From assembly GCF_030013205.1 (NCBI RefSeq), contig NZ_CP122648.1: 64,000 nucleotides of DNA, one strand, 5' to 3'. How positions within the stretch are numbered: position 1 is the first letter of the stretch; each line of letters begins with the position of its first letter. Shown here one piece after another: positions 20,812-32,093 of this stretch. Both the position numbers and the translations under genes were made by a program. The stretch is from Escherichia coli (GTDB taxonomy: Bacteria > Pseudomonadota > Gammaproteobacteria > Enterobacterales > Enterobacteriaceae). Below the pieces are notes generated by a model. It saw only the letters and a program-made list of their open reading frames with translations, was not told the origin of the DNA and ran no database searches.

Positions 20812-22221
20812 ATGTCCGCTGAACACGTACTGACGATGCTGAACGAGCACGAAGTGAAGTTTGTTGATTTGCGCTTCACCGATACCAAAGGTAAAGAACA
20901 GCACGTCACTATCCCTGCTCATCAGGTGAATGCTGAATTCTTCGAAGAAGGCAAAATGTTTGACGGCTCCTCGATTGGCGGCTGGAAAGGCATTAACGAA
21001 TCCGACATGGTGCTGATGCCAGACGCATCCACCGCAGTGATTGATCCGTTCTTCGCCGATTCTACCCTGATTATCCGTTGCGACATCCTTGAACCTGGTA
21101 CCCTGCAAGGCTATGACCGTGACCCGCGCTCCATCGCGAAGCGCGCTGAAGATTACCTGCGTTCCACTGGCATTGCCGACACCGTACTGTTCGGGCCAGA
21201 ACCTGAATTCTTCCTGTTCGATGACATCCGTTTCGGATCTTCTATCTCCGGTTCCCACGTTGCTATCGACGATATCGAAGGCGCATGGAACTCCTCCACC
21301 CAATATGAAGGTGGTAACAAAGGTCACCGTCCGGCAGTGAAAGGCGGTTACTTCCCGGTTCCGCCGGTAGACTCTGCTCAGGATATTCGTTCTGAAATGT
21401 GTCTGGTGATGGAACAGATGGGTCTGGTGGTTGAAGCCCATCACCACGAAGTAGCGACTGCTGGTCAGAACGAAGTGGCTACCCGCTTCAATACCATGAC
21501 CAAAAAAGCTGACGAAATTCAGATCTACAAATATGTTGTGCACAACGTAGCGCACCGCTTCGGTAAAACCGCGACCTTTATGCCAAAACCGATGTTCGGT
21601 GATAACGGCTCCGGTATGCACTGCCACATGTCGCTGTCTAAAAACGGCGTCAACCTGTTCGCAGGCGACAAATACGCAGGTCTGTCTGAGCAGGCGCTGT
21701 ACTATATTGGCGGCGTAATCAAACACGCGAAAGCGATTAATGCCCTGGCAAACCCGACCACCAACTCTTACAAGCGTCTGGTCCCGGGCTACGAAGCACC
21801 GGTAATGCTGGCTTACTCTGCACGCAACCGTTCTGCGTCTATCCGTATTCCGGTGGTTTCTTCTCCGAAAGCACGTCGTATCGAAGTACGTTTCCCGGAT
21901 CCGGCGGCTAACCCGTACCTGTGCTTTGCTGCCCTGCTGATGGCCGGTCTTGATGGTATCAAGAACAAGATCCATCCGGGCGAAGCCATGGACAAAAACC
22001 TGTATGACCTGCCGCCGGAAGAAGCGAAAGAGATCCCACAGGTTGCTGGTTCTCTGGAAGAAGCACTGAACGAACTGGATCTGGACCGCGAGTTCCTGAA
22101 AGCCGGTGGCGTGTTCACTGATGAAGCGATCGATGCGTACATCGCTCTGCGTCGCGAAGAAGATGACCGCGTGCGTATGACTCCGCATCCGGTAGAGTTT
22201 GAGCTGTACTACAGCGTCTAA
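20812..22221 (+). CDS. glnA: Glutamine synthetase
   Basis: 469-aa [34 protein letters not shown]...; adenylylation site region NLYDLP present. Confidence 0.97.
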
Positions 22222-22306
22222 TAGTTGAAGTTGTACTACCCGGCGCAACAACGCCGGGATTTAGTTGCCGTGGAAACTTTCAGCCCATCTCTGCATGGGC
22301 TTTTTT
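22222..22306 (+). ncRNA. glnZ: glnA 3'UTR, likely source of the 3'UTR-derived sRNA GlnZ
   Basis: About 85 nt between the glnA stop and an intrinsic terminator (agcccat-ctctgc-atgggct + tttttt, 22282-22306); a GlnZ sRNA processed from the glnA 3'UTR is established in enterics. Exact 5' end not determinable from sequence. Confidence 0.4.
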
Positions 22307-22355
22307 CTCCGTCAATTCTCTGATGCTTCGCGCTTTTTATCCGTAAAAAGCTATA

Positions 22356-22375
22356 ATGCACTAAAATGGTGCAAC
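22356..22375 (+). promoter_or_regulatory. NtrC operator at the glnL promoter
   Basis: tgcactaaaatggtgcaa, an NtrC dyad overlapping a tataat-like -10 upstream of glnL. Confidence 0.55.
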
Positions 22376-22394
22376 CTGTTCAGGAGACTGCTTT

Positions 22395-23444
22395 ATGGCA
22401 ACAGGCACGCAGCCCGATGCTGGGCAGATCCTCAACTCGCTGATTAACAGTATTTTGTTAATCGATGACAACCTGGCGATCCATTACGCCAACCCCGCCG
22501 CGCAACAACTGCTCGCCCAAAGCTCCCGCAAATTGTTTGGTACACCGTTACCGGAACTGTTGAGCTACTTCTCATTAAATATCGAGCTGATGCAAGAAAG
22601 TCTGGAGGCGGGGCAAGGTTTTACTGATAACGAAGTGACGCTGGTCATCGACGGGCGTTCGCATATCCTTTCTGTGACGGCCCAGCGTATGCCGGACGGC
22701 ATGATCCTGCTGGAGATGGCACCGATGGATAACCAGCGCCGCTTAAGTCAGGAACAGCTACAGCACGCCCAGCAGGTTGCTGCCCGTGATTTAGTGCGCG
22801 GCCTGGCACATGAGATTAAAAATCCGCTTGGCGGTTTACGTGGCGCGGCGCAGCTGCTCAGCAAAGCATTACCTGACCCGTCACTACTCGAATATACCAA
22901 AGTGATTATCGAACAGGCGGACCGGCTGCGAAATCTGGTCGACCGTCTGTTGGGACCGCAACTGCCCGGTACGCGCGTTACCGAAAGTATTCATAAAGTG
23001 GCTGAACGCGTGGTGACGCTGGTGTCGATGGAACTGCCGGACAACGTGCGGTTGATTCGTGATTACGACCCCAGCCTGCCGGAACTGGCGCACGACCCGG
23101 ATCAAATTGAGCAAGTGCTCCTGAATATTGTGCGCAATGCGCTACAGGCGCTGGGGCCAGAGGGTGGTGAAATCATTCTGCGTACCCGCACAGCTTTTCA
23201 ACTGACCTTACACGGCGAGCGTTATCGGCTGGCGGCGCGAATTGATGTGGAAGATAACGGGCCAGGTATTCCGCTTCATTTGCAGGATACACTGTTTTAC
23301 CCGATGGTCAGCGGCCGCGAAGGTGGCACCGGGCTTGGCTTATCCATCGCCCGTAATTTGATTGATCAGCATTCAGGCAAAATTGAATTTACCAGTTGGC
23401 CAGGTCATACCGAGTTCTCGGTTTACCTGCCTATCAGGAAATAA
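22395..23444 (+). CDS. glnL: Nitrogen regulation sensor histidine kinase NtrB (NRII)
   Basis: 349-aa ORF; H-box HEIKNPLGG, and N, G1, G2 boxes. Confidence 0.95.
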   Translation: MATGTQPDAGQILNSLINSILLIDDNLAIHYANPAAQQLLAQSSRKLFGTPLPELLSYFSLNIELMQESLEAGQGFTDNEVTLVIDGRSHILSVTAQRMPDGMILLEMAPMDNQRRLSQEQLQHAQQVAARDLVRGLAHEIKNPLGGLRGAAQLLSKALPDPSLLEYTKVIIEQADRLRNLVDRLLGPQLPGTRVTESIHKVAERVVTLVSMELPDNVRLIRDYDPSLPELAHDPDQIEQVLLNIVRNALQALGPEGGEIILRTRTAFQLTLHGERYRLAARIDVEDNGPGIPLHLQDTLFYPMVSGREGGTGLGLSIARNLIDQHSGKIEFTSWPGHTEFSVYLPIRK

Positions 23445-23455
23445 AGGTGACGTTT

Positions 23456-24865
23456 ATGCAACGAGGGATAGTCTGGGTAGTCGATGACGATAGTTCCATC
23501 CGTTGGGTGCTTGAACGTGCGCTCGCTGGAGCGGGTTTAACCTGTACAACATTTGAGAACGGCGCGGAGGTACTGGAGGCGCTGGCGAGCAAAACGCCGG
23601 ATGTGCTGCTTTCAGATATCCGTATGCCGGGAATGGACGGGCTGGCGCTGCTCAAGCAGATTAAACAGCGCCATCCGATGCTTCCGGTCATCATTATGAC
23701 CGCACATTCCGATCTGGATGCTGCCGTCAGCGCCTATCAACAAGGGGCGTTTGATTATCTGCCCAAACCGTTTGATATCGACGAAGCCGTGGCGCTGGTT
23801 GAGCGCGCCATCAGCCATTATCAGGAACAGCAGCAGCCGCGTAATGTTCAGCTTAACGGCCCAACGACCGATATCATCGGCGAAGCGCCAGCCATGCAGG
23901 ACGTGTTCCGTATTATCGGTCGGCTTTCGCGTTCTTCTATTAGCGTGCTGATTAACGGCGAATCCGGCACCGGTAAAGAACTGGTCGCTCATGCCCTGCA
24001 TCGCCACAGTCCGCGAGCCAAAGCGCCATTTATCGCGCTGAATATGGCGGCTATCCCGAAGGATTTGATCGAATCAGAACTGTTTGGTCACGAGAAAGGC
24101 GCGTTTACCGGCGCGAATACCATTCGTCAGGGGCGTTTTGAACAGGCCGATGGTGGCACATTATTCCTCGATGAAATTGGCGATATGCCGCTGGATGTGC
24201 AGACCCGTTTGCTGCGCGTGCTGGCAGACGGTCAGTTTTATCGCGTTGGCGGCTATGCGCCGGTGAAAGTGGATGTGCGGATTATCGCTGCCACTCACCA
24301 GAATCTTGAACAGCGGGTGCAGGAAGGCAAGTTCCGTGAGGATCTGTTCCACCGCCTGAACGTCATCCGCGTTCATCTGCCGCCGCTGCGCGAACGTCGG
24401 GAAGATATTCCCCGTCTGGCACGCCATTTTTTACAGGTTGCCGCGCGCGAACTGGGAGTAGAAGCGAAGTTACTGCATCCGGAAACCGAAGCCGCGCTGA
24501 CGCGTCTGGCTTGGCCAGGCAACGTGCGCCAGCTGGAAAACACCTGCCGCTGGCTAACGGTAATGGCTGCCGGACAGGAAGTGTTGATTCAGGATTTGCC
24601 TGGCGAACTGTTTGAATCAACGGTTGCGGAGAGTACTTCGCAAATGCAACCGGACAGTTGGGCGACGCTGTTAGCGCAGTGGGCAGACAGGGCGCTGCGT
24701 TCCGGTCATCAAAATCTGCTTTCCGAAGCGCAGCCTGAGCTGGAGCGGACGTTACTGACGACCGCGTTGCGACATACGCAAGGGCATAAACAGGAAGCGG
24801 CGCGGCTACTCGGCTGGGGGCGTAACACTCTGACGCGGAAGTTAAAAGAGCTGGGGATGGAGTGA
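23456..24865 (+). CDS. glnG: Nitrogen regulation response regulator NtrC (NRI), sigma-54 activator
   Basis: ORF 23396..24865 trimmed to [20 protein letters not shown]; receiver domain, AAA+ ([14 protein letters not shown]) and C-terminal HTH; 469 aa. Confidence 0.95.
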   Translation: MQRGIVWVVDDDSSIRWVLERALAGAGLTCTTFENGAEVLEALASKTPDVLLSDIRMPGMDGLALLKQIKQRHPMLPVIIMTAHSDLDAAVSAYQQGAFDYLPKPFDIDEAVALVERAISHYQEQQQPRNVQLNGPTTDIIGEAPAMQDVFRIIGRLSRSSISVLINGESGTGKELVAHALHRHSPRAKAPFIALNMAAIPKDLIESELFGHEKGAFTGANTIRQGRFEQADGGTLFLDEIGDMPLDVQTRLLRVLADGQFYRVGGYAPVKVDVRIIAATHQNLEQRVQEGKFREDLFHRLNVIRVHLPPLRERREDIPRLARHFLQVAARELGVEAKLLHPETEAALTRLAWPGNVRQLENTCRWLTVMAAGQEVLIQDLPGELFESTVAESTSQMQPDSWATLLAQWADRALRSGHQNLLSEAQPELERTLLTTALRHTQGHKQEAARLLGWGRNTLTRKLKELGME

Positions 24866-24976
24866 TTCACGGCTTGTGTGTAAAGATTGATTATTGAGCG
24901 CAAATTGCTGGTATTTTGCGCTTTACTGTTCCGATAAGTTCAGTATGATCTTGCCCGGAAAACGGGGAGAGTCATT

Positions 24977-25087
24977 ATGCTGGAATCAATAATTAATCTG
25001 GTATCGAGTGGCGCAGTTGACAGCCACACACCGCAAACTGCTGTTGCTGCCGTGCTGTGTGCCGCGATGATTGGTCTGTTTAGTTGA
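24977..25087 (+). CDS. yshB: Small membrane protein YshB (36 aa)
   Basis: ATG at 24977 preceded by ggggaga; MLESIINLVSSGAVDSHTPQTAVAAVLCAAMIGLFS; recognised as the small protein annotated between glnG and hemN in K-12. Too short for the ORF track. Confidence 0.65.
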   Translation: MLESIINLVSSGAVDSHTPQTAVAAVLCAAMIGLFS

Positions 25088-25121
25088 GTTTCAGATTGCT
25101 GATGAAATGCTCTTTGTTCAT

Positions 25122-25209
25122 GCCGGATGCGGCGTGAACGCCTTATCCGGTCTACAAAAGCAATATTTTCAACAGGTTTTGTAGGCCTGATAAGCGTAGC
25201 GCATCAGGC
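25122..25209. repeat. BIME (pair of REP palindromic units)
   Basis: gccggatgcggcgtgaacgccttatccggtctac ... gtaggcctgataagcgtagcgcatcaggc. Confidence 0.7.
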
Positions 25210-25276
25210 AATCTTGTTCTCAGCACATTGATGGCGCTTTCGTTTTCTACTTTGTAAACGAAGCGCCATTCACTAT

Positions 25277-26650
25277 TTAAATCACCCGTGAGAACTGCTG
25301 CATCCGCGCTTTCTGGCGCAGATAGGTATCAAAGCACATGCAAATGTTGCGGATCAGCAAGCGACCTTTCGCCGTCACCTGAATCCCCTTCTCATCCACA
25401 TCCACCAGCCCATCTTTTGCTAACGGGGCGAGCAGCTTGAGATCTTCCGCAAAGTAATCAGCAAAGTGTAAATCCCACTGTTGCTCAATGGGGGCGTAAT
25501 CCAGACGGAAGTTGCAGATGAGCGACTTAATCACATCGCGGCGAATACAGTCATCACGCGTTAGCGCAATACCACGCCACAGCGCATTGCCTTGTTCATC
25601 CACTTGCTGATAGTAGTGCTTCAACTCTTTCTGGTTCTGCGCGTAGCAGTCGCCAATCATACTGATGGCGGAAACGCCCATCCCCAGCAGATCGGTATCG
25701 CCCTGAGTGGTGTAGCCCTGGAAGTTACGGTGCAGCACGCCTTCACGCTGGGCCACCGCCAGCTCGTCATCAGGACGGGCAAAGTGATCCATACCGATAA
25801 ACTGATAGCCCGATTGCGTCAGGAAGGCGATGGTTTCCTGCAGGATATCGAGTTTTTGCTGCGGACTCGGCAGGTCAGCATCTTTGATTTTGCGCTGAGC
25901 AGCAAAAATGGTCGGCAGATGCGCGTAGTTAAAGACACTCAGACGATCGGGGTTCAGCTCCGCCACACGTTTCAGGGTAAAGGCGAAACTCTCCGGCGTC
26001 TGTTTCGGCAGGCCGTAAATCAGGTCGATGTTGGTGGAGGTAAAGCCAATCTCACGCGCATGGTTAAGCAGTGCAAAGATGAATTCTTCATCCTGCTCGC
26101 GGTTAACCAGACGTTGCACTTCTTTGTTGAAGTCCTGCACGCCCATGCTCAGGCGATTAAAGCCCTCGGCGCGTAAATGATCGAGCACATCCAGTTCGAT
26201 TTCGCGCGGATCGACTTCGATCGAAATCTCCGCATCGGCATTGAACTGGAAGTTTTCGCGCAGCAGCTTCATCAGACGGCTGATTTGCGCTTTGTTCAGA
26301 TACGTCGGCGTACCACCGCCCCAGTGCAGCTGGCTCACCTTGCGCCCGGCAAAAAGCGGTGCACGATGGACGATTTCTTGCTCCAGCGCGTCCAGATACT
26401 GATCGGCCTTGTGCTGCTGGCGAGTAACTATCTTATTGCAACCGCAGAAGTAACAAAGCTTATGGCAGAACGGAATATGTACGTAGAGAGATAATGGACG
26501 CTCAGGATAGCGCGCCACGGCTTGTAAAAACGCCTGTTCGCCGAAGTCTTCTGAAAACTCCAGCGCGGTCGGGTACGAGGTGTATCGTGGCCCGGAATAG
26601 TTGTATTTCTGGATCAGGGCCAGATCCCAGTCGATTTGCTGTACAGACAT
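25277..26650 (-). CDS. hemN: Oxygen-independent coproporphyrinogen III oxidase (radical SAM)
   Basis: ORF 25277..26656 trimmed to MSVQQIDWDLALIQKYNYSG; radical-SAM Cys motif CHKLCYFCGC. Confidence 0.95.
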   Translation of the reverse strand: MSVQQIDWDLALIQKYNYSGPRYTSYPTALEFSEDFGEQAFLQAVARYPERPLSLYVHIPFCHKLCYFCGCNKIVTRQQHKADQYLDALEQEIVHRAPLFAGRKVSQLHWGGGTPTYLNKAQISRLMKLLRENFQFNADAEISIEVDPREIELDVLDHLRAEGFNRLSMGVQDFNKEVQRLVNREQDEEFIFALLNHAREIGFTSTNIDLIYGLPKQTPESFAFTLKRVAELNPDRLSVFNYAHLPTIFAAQRKIKDADLPSPQQKLDILQETIAFLTQSGYQFIGMDHFARPDDELAVAQREGVLHRNFQGYTTQGDTDLLGMGVSAISMIGDCYAQNQKELKHYYQQVDEQGNALWRGIALTRDDCIRRDVIKSLICNFRLDYAPIEQQWDLHFADYFAEDLKLLAPLAKDGLVDVDEKGIQVTAKGRLLIRNICMCFDTYLRQKARMQQFSRVI

Positions 26651-26838
26651 GCTCACTCCTTCCGATGGCGTCTCTGGCGGCTACGGCGTACCGGCGGATG
26701 CCCGTTTCGGGTCATCAGCCGGTTGCGCAGCCACTTTTGTCGCCGCGACAACCGCTGTAGTTTAACGAATAACCACACCAGATAACATATAACCGGAAGG
26801 GTTATCAGCAGAACGGGAAGGCCCACGGCGGCAATCCG

Positions 26839-27348
26839 TTAGTTGCCCCGCAGCAGACGCATCATGTCTTCTTGCTTCTCGTCTTCTTCCTCTTCTTCGT
26901 CATCGTCATAAGAGAGGCCGAGCTTCTGCATCAACTCATCAATACGATCCAGCTTGGCATCCACCCAGGATTGCTCTTCGGCGCTCAGGGTTTCGCCTGC
27001 TTCCAGACGTTCCAGCAGCGCATCCAGACGCTCATCCGTTTCCAGTAACTCCAACTCCGCCTGCGGTGAAAGCATAGGTTTCTCACTCTTCGGTTTGTGC
27101 TGTTTGGTGACTTTTTCAGTCACGCCCAATGGAATAGGGGTTTTACTGCCAATACGTGGATCTTTCGGTGCGTTCTGACCTTTGCTGCCTGACGTGGTGT
27201 TACCGCCCGCTGCGCGGCTGCCCGGCGCATGACCACGACGTTTTTTCTGACGCTTACGGTCACGAGCTTCCTGATCCAGCTCCTCGCGTGTTTTTCGACG
27301 CGCTTTTGCATGACCTTTGCTGCGTGAGTTTGAAGATGATGGTTTCAT
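26839..27348 (-). CDS. yihI: Der GTPase-activating protein YihI
   Basis: ORF 26839..27411 trimmed to [24 protein letters not shown]; highly basic N-terminus, acidic C-terminus; 169 aa. Confidence 0.9.
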   Translation of the reverse strand: MKPSSSNSRSKGHAKARRKTREELDQEARDRKRQKKRRGHAPGSRAAGGNTTSGSKGQNAPKDPRIGSKTPIPLGVTEKVTKQHKPKSEKPMLSPQAELELLETDERLDALLERLEAGETLSAEEQSWVDAKLDRIDELMQKLGLSYDDDEEEEEDEKQEDMMRLLRGN

Positions 27349-27413
27349 AATGGTTCGTCTTTTAGCCGTTTTATTCAGTATAGATTTGCGGCGGAATCTA
27401 ACAGAAAGCAAGC

Positions 27414-27659
27414 AAAGAAAAAAGGCGACAGATTACTCTGTCGCCTTTTTTCCTGACTCATAACCCTTAACGGGTCTTACAATCCTTGCAGGCCGCCAAC
27501 ACACCCTGTTTTTCCATTAGCCGGAACAATCCGTGTTGATTCCATTTCCGTTTAATTACGTCTCCGGACGTTTGTCTTCCTGACAATCCTCTGTCTTCGC
27601 CTCCTGGCGCTCCTGACCCTCATCCTGAGTCATTGTTCCTGTTAGCGTCCTCGCTCTAT
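27414..27659 (-). ncRNA. csrC: CsrC small RNA (CsrA-sequestering)
   Basis: Minus strand reads ATAGAGCGAGGACGCTAACAGGAACAATGACTCAGGATGAGGGTCAGGAGCGCCAGGAGG..., with many GGA motifs, ending in the hairpin ggcgacagagtaatctgtcgcc + U-run; matches CsrC as remembered and its known yihA-yihI intergenic location. Confidence 0.85.
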
Positions 27660-27929
27660 GGGTGCTACTTTACGCCTTTGCTTTAAACAAACAATCAACC
27701 GCCATCAGTATTTGCACATTTTCAGAGTTTTATATAAAAGCAATTAACTGATTTATATAGCTTATTTGACATGCATCGCAGAATTTTCTCTGCTATTTCG
27801 CATAAAGACTATCGGCAATGTCTCACAAAGCGTATGGCTTTTACTTACAACGCTCACGCCGAAAAATCCGCCTTTTATTATGGTTCAGGTATAATCGCCG
27901 CAAAGCTTTGACTGACGGAGACGACCGCT

Positions 27930-28562
27930 TTGACTAATTTGAATTATCAACAGACGCATTTTGTGATGAGTGCGCCTGATATTCGCCACCTACCTTCCGA
28001 TACCGGAATTGAAGTGGCTTTTGCAGGCCGTTCCAACGCAGGTAAATCCAGCGCGCTGAACACGCTGACTAACCAGAAAAGCCTGGCTCGTACCTCAAAA
28101 ACCCCAGGGCGCACCCAGCTTATCAACCTGTTTGAAGTGGCTGACGGCAAGCGTCTGGTTGACCTGCCCGGCTATGGCTACGCGGAAGTCCCGGAAGAGA
28201 TGAAGCGCAAATGGCAGCGCGCGCTCGGCGAATACCTCGAAAAACGTCAGAGCCTGCAAGGTCTGGTGGTGCTAATGGATATTCGCCATCCGCTGAAAGA
28301 TTTGGATCAGCAGATGATTGAGTGGGCGGTAGACAGCAATATCGCCGTTCTGGTGCTGCTAACCAAAGCGGACAAACTGGCAAGCGGCGCACGTAAAGCG
28401 CAATTGAATATGGTGCGTGAAGCGGTGCTGGCGTTTAACGGTGATGTGCAGGTTGAAACCTTCTCTTCACTGAAGAAACAAGGCGTGGACAAGCTGCGGC
28501 AGAAACTGGATACCTGGTTTAGCGAGATGCAGCCTGTAGAAGAAACGCAGGACGGCGAATAA
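27930..28562 (+). CDS. engB: Ribosome biogenesis GTPase EngB (YihA/YsxC)
   Basis: 210-aa ORF starting at a TTG; [22 protein letters not shown]...; G1 GRSNAGKSS. Confidence 0.93.
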
Positions 28563-28582
28563 TTTTCTTGCCTTAATGCTTG

Positions 28583-28662
28583 TGCCGGATGTGGCGTATC
28601 CGGCCCGTAAATTCAATAGATTACACTTCTACCGTTGGCCTGATAAACAGGGCGCATCAGGC
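28583..28662. repeat. REP/BIME element
   Basis: gccggatgtggcgtatccggc ... ggcctgataaacagggcgcatcaggc. Confidence 0.6.
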
Positions 28663-28685
28663 ATTACGGATCTTTTCTTTCGCCC

Positions 28686-28796
28686 AATAAAAAACGCCCC
28701 AGTCATTACTGACTGGGGCGGCTAAAATATTCAGCCAAATCCGATTACGTGAAGTAAAAGGTCTGAAAGATAGAACATCTTACCTCTGTACCCTAC
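28686..28796 (-). ncRNA. spf: Spot 42 small RNA
   Basis: Minus strand reads GTAGGGTACAGAGGTAAGATGTTCTATCTTTCAGACC...GCCGCCCCAGTCAGTAATGACTGGGGCGTTTTTTATTGGGCG, matching Spot 42 including its terminator; immediately 3' of polA as in K-12. Confidence 0.9.
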
Positions 28797-28943
28797 GCGA
28801 CTAACTTTACTCTTTTTTGTTCAGTTCAGAAAGCATTTTTTGTAATTTTTTTTCAGTTGTTGCATAGGAATTTCTAATAGCCATCACAAAACGTGACAGC
28901 TTATGTTGCTTACTTACGAAAAAAGGGCATGTTCAGGCGAATC

Positions 28944-31730
28944 TTAGTGCGCCTGATCCCAGTTTTCGCCACTCCCCACTTCCACCAGCAGCGGCACATC
29001 CAGACGGGTACAGTTTTCCATCAGTTGATGAATCTGCTTCGCGACGGCATCGACATCATCTTTATGAACTTCAAATACCAGTTCATCGTGTACCTGCATG
29101 ATCATACGCACACGCGGTTGCTCAGCCTGTAGCCACGCATCAACGGCAATCATCGCCCGTTTGATAATGTCGGCGGCGGTTCCCTGCATTGGCGCGTTAA
29201 TGGCTGCACGTTCAGCCGCTGCACGACGAGCCCCATTGCTGGATTTGATATCCGGCAGATACAGACGGCGTCCGTCCAGCGTTTCAACGTAGCCCTGCTC
29301 TTTCGCCTGAGCACGGGTGCGTTCCATATACTCCAGCACGCCAGGGTAGCGTTCGAAGTAAAGGTCCATGTACTTCTGCGCTTCTTTACGTGGAATGTTC
29401 AATTGCCGCGCCAGACCGAAAGCACTCATGCCATAAATCAGACCAAAGTTGATCGCTTTCGCGCTACGGCGTTGCTCGCTGGTTACGGTTTCCAGTGGCA
29501 AACCAAACACTTCTGCCGCCGTAGCCCGGTGGATATCTTTTCCTTCCGCGAATGCGGTCAGCAAGCCTTTGTCACGCGAGAGATGCGCCATAATGCGCAG
29601 TTCAATCTGCGAGTAGTCCGCCGAGACAATCACATAATCCTCTGGCGCAATAAACGCCTGGCGGATACGACGACCTTCTTCGTTACGCACCGGAATGTTT
29701 TGCAGGTTAGGATCGGTTGACGATAAACGTCCCGTTGCAGTTACTGCCTGGTGATAAGAGGTATGCACACGCCCGGTTTTCGGGTTGATCATCAGCGGCA
29801 GCTTGTCGGTGTAAGTCGATTTCAGCTTCGCCAGACCACGATACTCCAGAATCACTTTTGGCAACGGATAGTCCAGCGCCAGTTCTTCCAGTACCTCTTC
29901 CGACGTTGACGGCGCGCCACCTGGCGTTTTCTTCAGCGGTTTAATGCCCTGTTTTTCAAACAGAATGGTTTGTAACTGCTTGGTGGAAGAAAGGTTAAAC
30001 TCCTCACCTGCAATTTCATGCGCTTTCTTTTCCAGCTCAGCCAGACGAAGAGTGAGCTCTTCAGAATGATTGTGCAGCACTTTCGGATCGATCTTCACAC
30101 CGTTACGTTCAATGCGTGAAAGCACCGGCACTAGCGGCATTTCGATATTCTCGAAGACGTTCAACGGACCTTTGTGTTTTTGCAGATCCGGCCACATTTT
30201 CAGATGCAGCTGCAAGGTGACATCTGCATCTTCGGCGGCGTAACGTCCGGCCTCTTCCAGGGCAATCTGGTTAAAGGTCAGTTGATTTTTACCTTTACCA
30301 GCAATCTCTTCAAAAGTGATGGTTTTGTGCTTCAACCAACGTTCCGCGAGGCTGTCCATATCGTGACGCCCGGCAACGCTATTGAGAATGTAGGACTCCA
30401 GCATGGTATCAAATGCAATCCCACGCAGCTCAATGCCGTAATTCGCCAGAATACCGCGATCGTATTTCAGGTTTTGCCCAACCTTCAGCGCCTTTTCATC
30501 TTCCAGCAGCGGTTTTAGCAACTCGAGTGCACGCTCGCGAGAGATTTGATCGGGCGCATCAAGATAATCATGAGCAACCGGAATATATGCCGCTACGCCT
30601 GGCTCGATAGCAAAAGAAAGCCCGACCAGGTTAGCAGAGATGTTATCAAGGCTGTCGGTTTCGGTATCAAATGCAAATACCGGCGCTTTTTCCAGCTTCG
30701 CAATCCACGCTTTCAGTGTTTCTTCATCAAGGATGGTGACGTAGTTGTCATAAGAAATCACCGTTGCCGTCACCTCTGGCGCTTCGTCTGCAACACTGGT
30801 TTCCTGCGGCCTGGCTGCGGGTTTCGCCCCTTTAGCCTGTAACCATTTGCCCGCTTCGACATCAGCAGTCCAGCGTTTGAACTCATACTTTTTGAACAGC
30901 CCCAACAACTCTTCCGCTGCCGGTTGCTGCACTTCCAGTTGTTCGCAGGTCAGCTCCAGTTCAACGTCGGTTTTAATCGTCGCCAGCTGGTATGAGAGAT
31001 AAGCAACTTCTTTGTTTTGCTCGAGCTTCGCTGCCATTGTTTTCGCGCCACGGAAGCTCAACCCGGCAATTTTTTCTGGCTCGGCATACAGCGTATCCAG
31101 TCCGCCAAGACCTTGCAGCAATGCCTGCGCGGTTTTTTCACCGACGCCCGGTACGCCAGGGATGTTATCGGAGGAGTCACCCATCAGCGCCAGGAAATCG
31201 ATGATCAGTTCTGGCGGCACGCCGTACTTATTCACCACCTCTTCCGGGCCGAGGATGGTATTCGTCATGGTGTTGATAAGCGTAATATTTGGCGTCACCA
31301 GCTGCGCCATATCTTTATCGCCAGTGCTGATCAGCACCGGACGCCCGGCTTTTTCGGCTTCGCGCGCCAGAGTACCGATAACGTCGTCCGCTTCTACGCC
31401 AGAAACCGCCAGCAGCGGCAGTCCCATCGCTTTAACCATCGCGTGCAGAGGTTCGATTTGTGCTCGCAGATCGTCCGGCATTGGCGGGCGATGTGATTTG
31501 TAATGTTCAAACAGTTCATCACGAAAGGTTTTTCCCTTGGCGTCAAAGACCACCGCTGCATGCGTCGGTTTATATTGCATGATCAGACTGCGCAGCATGT
31601 TGAGGACACCATACATCGCACCGGTCGGCTCGCCTGCGCTGTTAGTCAGCGGGGGAAACGCGTGATATGCGCGATAAAGATAAGATGAACCATCTACAAG
31701 GATAAGTGGATTTTGGTGGATCTGAACCAT
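28944..31730 (-). CDS. polA: DNA polymerase I
   Basis: 928-aa [28 protein letters not shown]...; 5'-3' exonuclease, 3'-5' exonuclease and polymerase domains. Confidence 0.97.
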   Translation of the reverse strand: MVQIHQNPLILVDGSSYLYRAYHAFPPLTNSAGEPTGAMYGVLNMLRSLIMQYKPTHAAVVFDAKGKTFRDELFEHYKSHRPPMPDDLRAQIEPLHAMVKAMGLPLLAVSGVEADDVIGTLAREAEKAGRPVLISTGDKDMAQLVTPNITLINTMTNTILGPEEVVNKYGVPPELIIDFLALMGDSSDNIPGVPGVGEKTAQALLQGLGGLDTLYAEPEKIAGLSFRGAKTMAAKLEQNKEVAYLSYQLATIKTDVELELTCEQLEVQQPAAEELLGLFKKYEFKRWTADVEAGKWLQAKGAKPAARPQETSVADEAPEVTATVISYDNYVTILDEETLKAWIAKLEKAPVFAFDTETDSLDNISANLVGLSFAIEPGVAAYIPVAHDYLDAPDQISRERALELLKPLLEDEKALKVGQNLKYDRGILANYGIELRGIAFDTMLESYILNSVAGRHDMDSLAERWLKHKTITFEEIAGKGKNQLTFNQIALEEAGRYAAEDADVTLQLHLKMWPDLQKHKGPLNVFENIEMPLVPVLSRIERNGVKIDPKVLHNHSEELTLRLAELEKKAHEIAGEEFNLSSTKQLQTILFEKQGIKPLKKTPGGAPSTSEEVLEELALDYPLPKVILEYRGLAKLKSTYTDKLPLMINPKTGRVHTSYHQAVTATGRLSSTDPNLQNIPVRNEEGRRIRQAFIAPEDYVIVSADYSQIELRIMAHLSRDKGLLTAFAEGKDIHRATAAEVFGLPLETVTSEQRRSAKAINFGLIYGMSAFGLARQLNIPRKEAQKYMDLYFERYPGVLEYMERTRAQAKEQGYVETLDGRRLYLPDIKSSNGARRAAAERAAINAPMQGTAADIIKRAMIAVDAWLQAEQPRVRMIMQVHDELVFEVHKDDVDAVAKQIHQLMENCTRLDVPLLVEVGSGENWDQAH

Positions 31731-32093
31731 AATGTCCGTGCCTGTTTATCAGATTATGGGTAAAGGATGCCACAGACAGGATGAAAACATGAGTTTTTCA
31801 CCGCTTTTCGTGAAAATCTTTTGTAGATCTTCTGGATCGCTCGCAAATCGTCATGTGGATAACTTTGTGCATAAATTATTTACATCGCTTTTAATTTATT
31901 ATCATGCTTTTTACAGCATGATGTTTGTCTTTGTTTTTCATGAAGTTAAAAATAAGACCATCCCTAGTAATTGAGATAATGGGATTTTTTCTAATGTGGA
32001 TAGATATGAATTATTTTTCTCCTTAAGGATCATCCGTTATTTGGGTCGTTTTCTGCTAAAATCTGCGCCTTGCGCTTCTTTAGCGCACTGTCT

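Noticed and set aside
20773-22251. 492-aa ORF on the minus strand
   Set aside because: Antisense to glnA across its whole length; composition artefact.
29403-31503. Several 100-160-aa ORFs on the plus strand
   Set aside because: All are antisense to polA.
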